Source: Eledone cirrhosa
Lineage: Eukaryota
Direction of reading: 5' to 3'
DNA: 64,000 nt
NCBI GenBank assembly: GCA_964016885.1
Contig: OZ024761.1
Coordinates: forward strand, 25,482,001 to 25,546,000
Shown here: positions 57,993 to 64,000 of the stretch, piece by piece
Layout of the letters: the number at the start of each line of letters is the position of its first letter
How positions within the stretch are numbered: the first letter of the stretch is position 1
Translations under genes and position numbers: made by a program
Notes under the pieces: model-generated
Databases searched by the model: none
What the model was told of the DNA's origin: nothing
Seen by the model: only the letters and a program-made list of their open reading frames with translations

Positions 57993-59269
57993 CTTATATA
58001 TATACATATATATATATACTTATATATATACATATACAGACGTATATTTATACATACATATGCATATACAGACATGTATATATACATACATATACACAGA
58101 CACACATATATATAAACACTTATTCATACATATATATATATATATATATACATATATAAATACATTTACATAAATATGCATTCATAAACATACAAACATT
58201 CATATACATACAAATATATACATATGTATACATACTCGTATACATTCTTACTTAGATATGCGTATATACGTAAGAATACATAAACAATATATACATGGGT
58301 GTATATTTACATTCTATGAGAATTTCCTTGCTGTTTAGAATGAAAACAACGCCAAACATCGAATATTGATTCTGTTTGTGTCCGCTGGGGGGGGGGGGTA
58401 TGTGTATGTGTGTGCGTGTCCGTGTCCGTGGGCGTCTCTCCATTTCTGTGTGCGCCCTTCCATAGGTGTATACGTTTGCGTGTGCATGTGTGTGTTGTGT
58501 GTCGATGTGTATTTTCTACGCCCGTTCTAATGTGTATGTGTGTGTCGCCTCTCCACATGTGTATGTGTATTCATATATGTGTGTAGGCGATTGTCTGTGA
58601 ACGAATGTGTACATGTACGCCTCTATGGGTATGCGTATGTATGTTTACATGTACGCCTCTATGTGTATGTATGTGTACATGTGCTCCTGTCCATTTATAA
58701 TTGTATCTACATGTACACCTATTTATGTGTATGTATGTGTACATGTACACCTGTCTATGTATATGTATGTACGCCTCTCTATGTGTATGTATGTAGAATT
58801 ATCATCTCTCAGCCGTCTCGTTATATAAACAAGAATACAGTCAAAAGTTAAATAATCTTGTTTTGATACAAGTTTTCTTTTTATAAAATGCTATAAACCA
58901 AACAATATTTTGGTGGAAATTTCAAGTCTAAATTCTTTATTAGTATTTTCATGCTTTTTACAGATTTTTGACATTATTAAAATAGAAATAATAATCTTTC
59001 CGATTTTTTTCAATTTAATTTAAATGACAAGTTATCAAATATTTGTAATCGCAGCGACAATCTCCATTTAAAACACTGTGTTACGCAGTTAGTTTCGTGT
59101 TAGTGCAGTAATAATGGCTGACGTTGTGATTGTTGTAGTTGTGGTCGTATTTGTTGTAGTTCTAGTTGTTGTGGTTATTTGAATTGCCAATATTTTTATT
59201 ATTATTGTTGCTCTTATTGCTGGTGTTTATCTGTTCGCTATAAATTTTTTTTTAAATATTATTTGATGC

Positions 59270-59455
59270 TGCACGTAGGCTTGGACGTTGGAAAGTCGGA
59301 TAAAAGATAAAATCCTTTGCTCTGTTTGTGTGTTTGTTCGTTTGTTTGTTTGTTCCGGTTTGCTATGCTCTGCGTTCGTGTCCCCCTGAGGTCAATTTTG
59401 CCTTACATCCAATCGAGGTCGATAAAAAAGTACCATTCAACTACAGGGGTCGATT
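59270..59455 (+). mobile_element. Degenerate SINE family A
   Basis: GAGGTCAATTTTGCCTTACATCC..GAGGTCGATAAAAAAGTACCA. Confidence 0.75.
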
Positions 59456-59599
59456 CTTGTTCTGTTTGCTCTAGCTCTCTGAGATCATGTCCAATCAAGG
59501 ACATCTTTCATCTTCATTCTTTCGAGACAGAAAAATCGATCTGATCGACCGACATGATCCCAGGCAACATTCGCTAGCCGAGTGAGGTGGACGTCGTCA

Positions 59600-59787
59600 A
59601 ATGGTGCCCTAGGAAACAATGTTTCCATTAGTCTATCCATTGCTGATACTATCTACCTGTCGCAACTCCTGGGAGAATAAGGAACATGAAATAAAGTGTC
59701 TTGCGCAACTCATCACATGGTCTAAGTATTGAACTCACAATATCACGATTGCGAATCCAACTCTCTTACCACTGAGCCATGCGCCTT
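59600..59787 (-). mobile_element. tRNA-derived SINE, family B
   Basis: Collinear with 42800-42988. Confidence 0.8.
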
Positions 59788-60438
59788 TACTTACCGATAA
59801 ATACACTACTATAATTGAGCACTACCGGGGTTAATACTACCTCTATATCTTTCACACGTTTTATATTGTTGCTACCACAGCTCTTGATGTTACTGTTGTC
59901 GATATTTCTACTACGAAGGCTACTGTTGTTGTTGTTGTTGATATATTGCTACTACTACTACTGTTGGGTTTCTTTATGCTACGTATTACGTCTCCCTAAT
60001 CCTATACTAGATGACAATGTTGTGGTTATTGCTATTGTCGACGGTGATGCTAAAGTATTTTATTTCCTTTTGGCTTTTCATATTTGATTTTCGTTGTTTA
60101 CTTTGGCATTAATTTTAGTATCGAACATTCATCAACAAATGTGTTGCTGTTGTTGTTGTTGCTGCTGCTGTAGTCTTGGATTTTAGCACTTCAGGTTATT
60201 GTTGTTGGTGTAGCGGTAGAACTTTACGTTTTGTTTGGCAAATTTCAACAAATATTTAATCAAATCAAATTAATTAATGATGTCCGGCTATTTATTCAAA
60301 CTTTCCTTCACGTTCTGCCATAGTAAAAGCACTAAATAATGGAACTAACACTACCACTAGTTAGATCTGCAACAGGCAAACATCTTATAAACACGGTTAT
60401 ATGCTCTAAACCCCTTCCCCATAAATACAGACACATAT

Positions 60439-60480
<42 letters not shown>

Positions 60481-60484
<4 letters not shown>

Positions 60485-60712
60485 AAACTTATATATATAT
60501 ATATATATGACTTCACACATTCAGCATACGTACACACGAATTAATATATACATACACACATATACATACACACACATTTACATATATATATATATATATA
60601 TATCCAAACTTATATATATATATATGACTTCACACATTCAGCATACGTACACACGAATTAATATATACATACACACATGTACATACACACACATTTACAT
60701 ATATATATATAT
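60481..60712 (+). repeat. ~120-bp tandem duplication
   Basis: ATCCAAACTT..GACTTCACACATTCAGCATACG occurs twice. Confidence 0.9.
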
Positions 60713-60800
60713 AGTGTTTTTATACATTAAATATTTAGCTCTGTAACCTACATAGAGCACTCTTCATTCCTCTGACTTTTTAAATTTTCAACGGTAATTT
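60713..60800 (-). mobile_element. TA-adjacent tail fragment, homologous to 27870-27950
   Basis: Both read GAAGAGTGCTCTATGTA..TACAGAGCTA..AACAC. Confidence 0.7.
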
Positions 60801-60802
60801 CA

Positions 60803-60833
<31 letters not shown>

Positions 60834-60868
60834 ATTTATATATACAATTTCAATACAAATATGTATAT

Positions 60869-60924
<56 letters not shown>

Positions 60925-60944
60925 TTCAATACAAATATGTATAT

Positions 60945-60988
<44 letters not shown>

Positions 60989-61044
60989 TTCAATACAAAT
61001 ATGTATATATATTTTATATATATATATATATATACACATATATA

Positions 61045-61101
<57 letters not shown>

Positions 61102-62257
61102 ATATATATGTATATATGCGTATACATATGTGTGAATATATACATATATATACACAAACAGTCATATATATATATATATTATATATTCATTAGTTAAGCA
61201 AAACAAGACCACAGATTTCACAAGGAAGACATTATTAAAAGAGTGTCAACATATTTTGGTTTGATGTAAGGAATGTCGAGAATAATAATAATAATAACAA
61301 TAATAATGTCCGTATACTTTACGCTTTGGCTTCTAACTAATTCACCAATCTCTACTCTCCTATCTCCATCTCTCTCTTTAACATTGGTTATTCTTGAACT
61401 GTGTATATATATATTATATATATATATACATACAATTATCTCATATTTATGCATACATACTCAAAGAATATATTCAAAAAAATACACACTCCACCCACTA
61501 CAACCTTCCCCCCAGACACACACACACACACACACACGCCCGCGCACTCACAGGGGGAGGCAGACAGACACCCTGACAGACCAATTTGGTGCTGGGTATC
61601 GGTAACATATCTAATAGGAAAATAAAGCAAAACGACATACAAGAAGTTCTGAAAACGTTATTTAATGTCATTAAAAACTAAATTTGAAGAGATTCTACCG
61701 TCTATCGAAAAATGGAATTATCAATCGAATTTCTTTGATGTCATCGATAATTATCTATCGCAATTTACTAATATAGCAGCCACTTCGATTTCATTGCCAC
61801 CGAAAATGAGTAAATATAATATAATATAATATAATATAATGTGATATAATATGTAGAATACAATTTCATATATTTGAGAGTAATTTCGATTACACGCATT
61901 TATCTGTAAGTGGTACATATGTATGTGTGTGCGTGTGTATATATATATATATATTTATTATATTTATTAATCTTGTTAAATATGTCGTTAACGTATATAT
62001 ATAAATATATGTATATATATATATATTATACATATATAAACTCAGACATATATATAAACACATATATGTATATATATATATATATATACATATATATTTA
62101 TAATTATTAATATTTTTGTTATTAATATATTATTATATCACATATCGTATGTTTTATGATTAATGTCAAATGTTTTATTACACATACCCACACACATATA
62201 TATATATACATACATATATATACAAATAAGTATACATATATACACACACAGACATAA

Positions 62258-62306
<49 letters not shown>

Positions 62307-62630
62307 TATTATATTAGTTTGTATATTATACATGTATTAATCATTTTAAGTATATATCTTTTCTTATTTTACGATTGTTAGTCATGGTTTTTTTTATTTT
62401 ACTGATGTCATTAATTAGATAGCACCCCTGCTGGTAGAAAGTGTTCAGTTTCTTCCTTCTATCGAACTTATCGATCCCACTACTGGTCTGTTACTTATTT
62501 TATCTATCTTTATTGTCCGACCTCTATGAAGCAAAGCATCAATACTTAAACGGACTGGAACCCAGTCACAAGGAACTACACAATCAAAAAGCTTACGCGC
62601 ACACACACACACGTATATATATATTATATA

Positions 62631-62673
<43 letters not shown>

Positions 62674-62691
62674 TATATATTATATATATAT

Positions 62692-62759
<68 letters not shown>

Positions 62760-62984
62760 AGTTGCAAGTTAATATGCGTCCGTACGCTGTGTGCCGGTTG
62801 AGCACTCGATGCCTGTGCAGAGTATAATATTATAAAGAACGAGGAATCAGTGTTGCATCATCTCACATTTATTGACATATAACATATGTTTCTTCGTCGT
62901 TCAGCTCGAGGCAAATCTGTTACAGAAGTATATTCGGAGTTTTATCTGCAGTAAGTAGAGCACCCGGTCCATAAGGCGATTGCA

Positions 62985-62985
<1 letters not shown>
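62760..62985 (-). mobile_element. TA-embedded PLE-like fragment with a hammerhead 3' half
   Basis: Minus strand GAAACATATGTT (palindromic stem III), AATAAA and GAGTGCTC ~40 nt from (TA)n; homologous to 36125-36280. Confidence 0.65.
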
Positions 62986-63018
<33 letters not shown>

Positions 63019-63138
63019 CATACGAACAGACATTATGCACACACACCGCAGATATATATATATATACACATACACACATATACACACAACTACATATACA
63101 CATATACCCCTCCACATATATATATATATAAACATACG

Positions 63139-63458
63139 TGATGATGGCTGCCCCCTCGTTATCGAGTATGGCCATTGCACGATATACCATTATTAATAAA
63201 TATTAATTAATTCTATCGTGCAATGCCTGTGCGTGACTATATTTTTTAAAGTGAGGAAAGACTGGGCACTGACCGAATCCCACTCTCTGAGCGACAGTAG
63301 CTATAACCTGAAAAGACGAAAAGATCAACATCATCGGTATCTACTGAGCCGCAGGTTTTATATCGGAGTTATCCCAGTTTCCTGAGTTTCCTTCTCCTAG
63401 AAGAATGCCCTGACAAAGGCTAGGGCTCCTTAACTCCTGGTGGTTTAACCGCACGGTA
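63139..63458 (-). mobile_element. Short non-autonomous RTE derivative (5'UTR joined to 3' end)
   Basis: Shares TAGCCTTTGTCA..TCTAGGAGAAGGAAA and GGCCATACTCG..CGAG..GGCAGCCA with 6637-7243; ends (CAT)n. Confidence 0.7.
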
Positions 63459-64000
63459 CATGTATACATACATACATAAATATATACATATACATATATA
63501 TATATATACCAATACATATAGAGTGAGACTGAAATAGGATGTGACAACAAAGGTGACGAGCGAGAGTTATGCCAGTTATGTGTAAATGTGTGTGTGTGTG
63601 TGAGAATTATATATTTGTACAATGTACAAAGGGGAAACAGAAGCCGAGAGAGTATGGGGGGTGTGGTGGAGGCGACAAATACTCGGTGATCAATCATGTT
63701 GGTTTCGATTTCCGTTCTTTTTAAAAGCACCACCAATTTACACGATGGAATCAAATTATCGTTCAATTATCTAATATATCGATTGCCATTTGATTGTTCT
63801 GCTTAACTGTTCAGTAAGTAAACAGAATCAAATATTATGTGCTTACAACAACTCGAAGAATGATGTAGTTTTCTCTATGAAAGGTATTTAGATTTTATAC
63901 ATATATTCCGTAATTACTCTCATGTTTGAATCAGATATACGCTATTGACATTATATGTCGAAACAAATTCACATGAGAATAAAATTTGTTTCTATACGAG

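Overview
This is AT-rich, repeat-saturated eukaryotic non-coding DNA. The dominant tRNA-derived SINEs and very long (TA)n tracts point to an octopod cephalopod (Octopus-like) genome; this is recognition from memory, not a database hit. No credible host protein-coding exon was found, and nearly all listed ORFs are microsatellite translations. The window holds (TA)n/(GA)n/(ACC)n microsatellites, several minisatellites, more than 25 SINE copies (often in tandem or inverted clusters), and decayed RTE and L1/Tx1 LINE fragments. The most notable signal is a set of short, non-coding elements in or next to (TA)n tracts that share parts of one architecture. That architecture is a minimal type I hammerhead ribozyme (or its 3' half) with a palindromic stem III, an asymmetric fold-back inverted repeat, and an unpaired tail. 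The tail carries a GAGTRCTY motif about 40-65 nt from the TA junction. It recurs across sequence-unrelated families and is best read as a Penelope-like (PLE) or retrozyme-type non-autonomous system. All coordinates were read by eye, and repeat boundaries are approximate.
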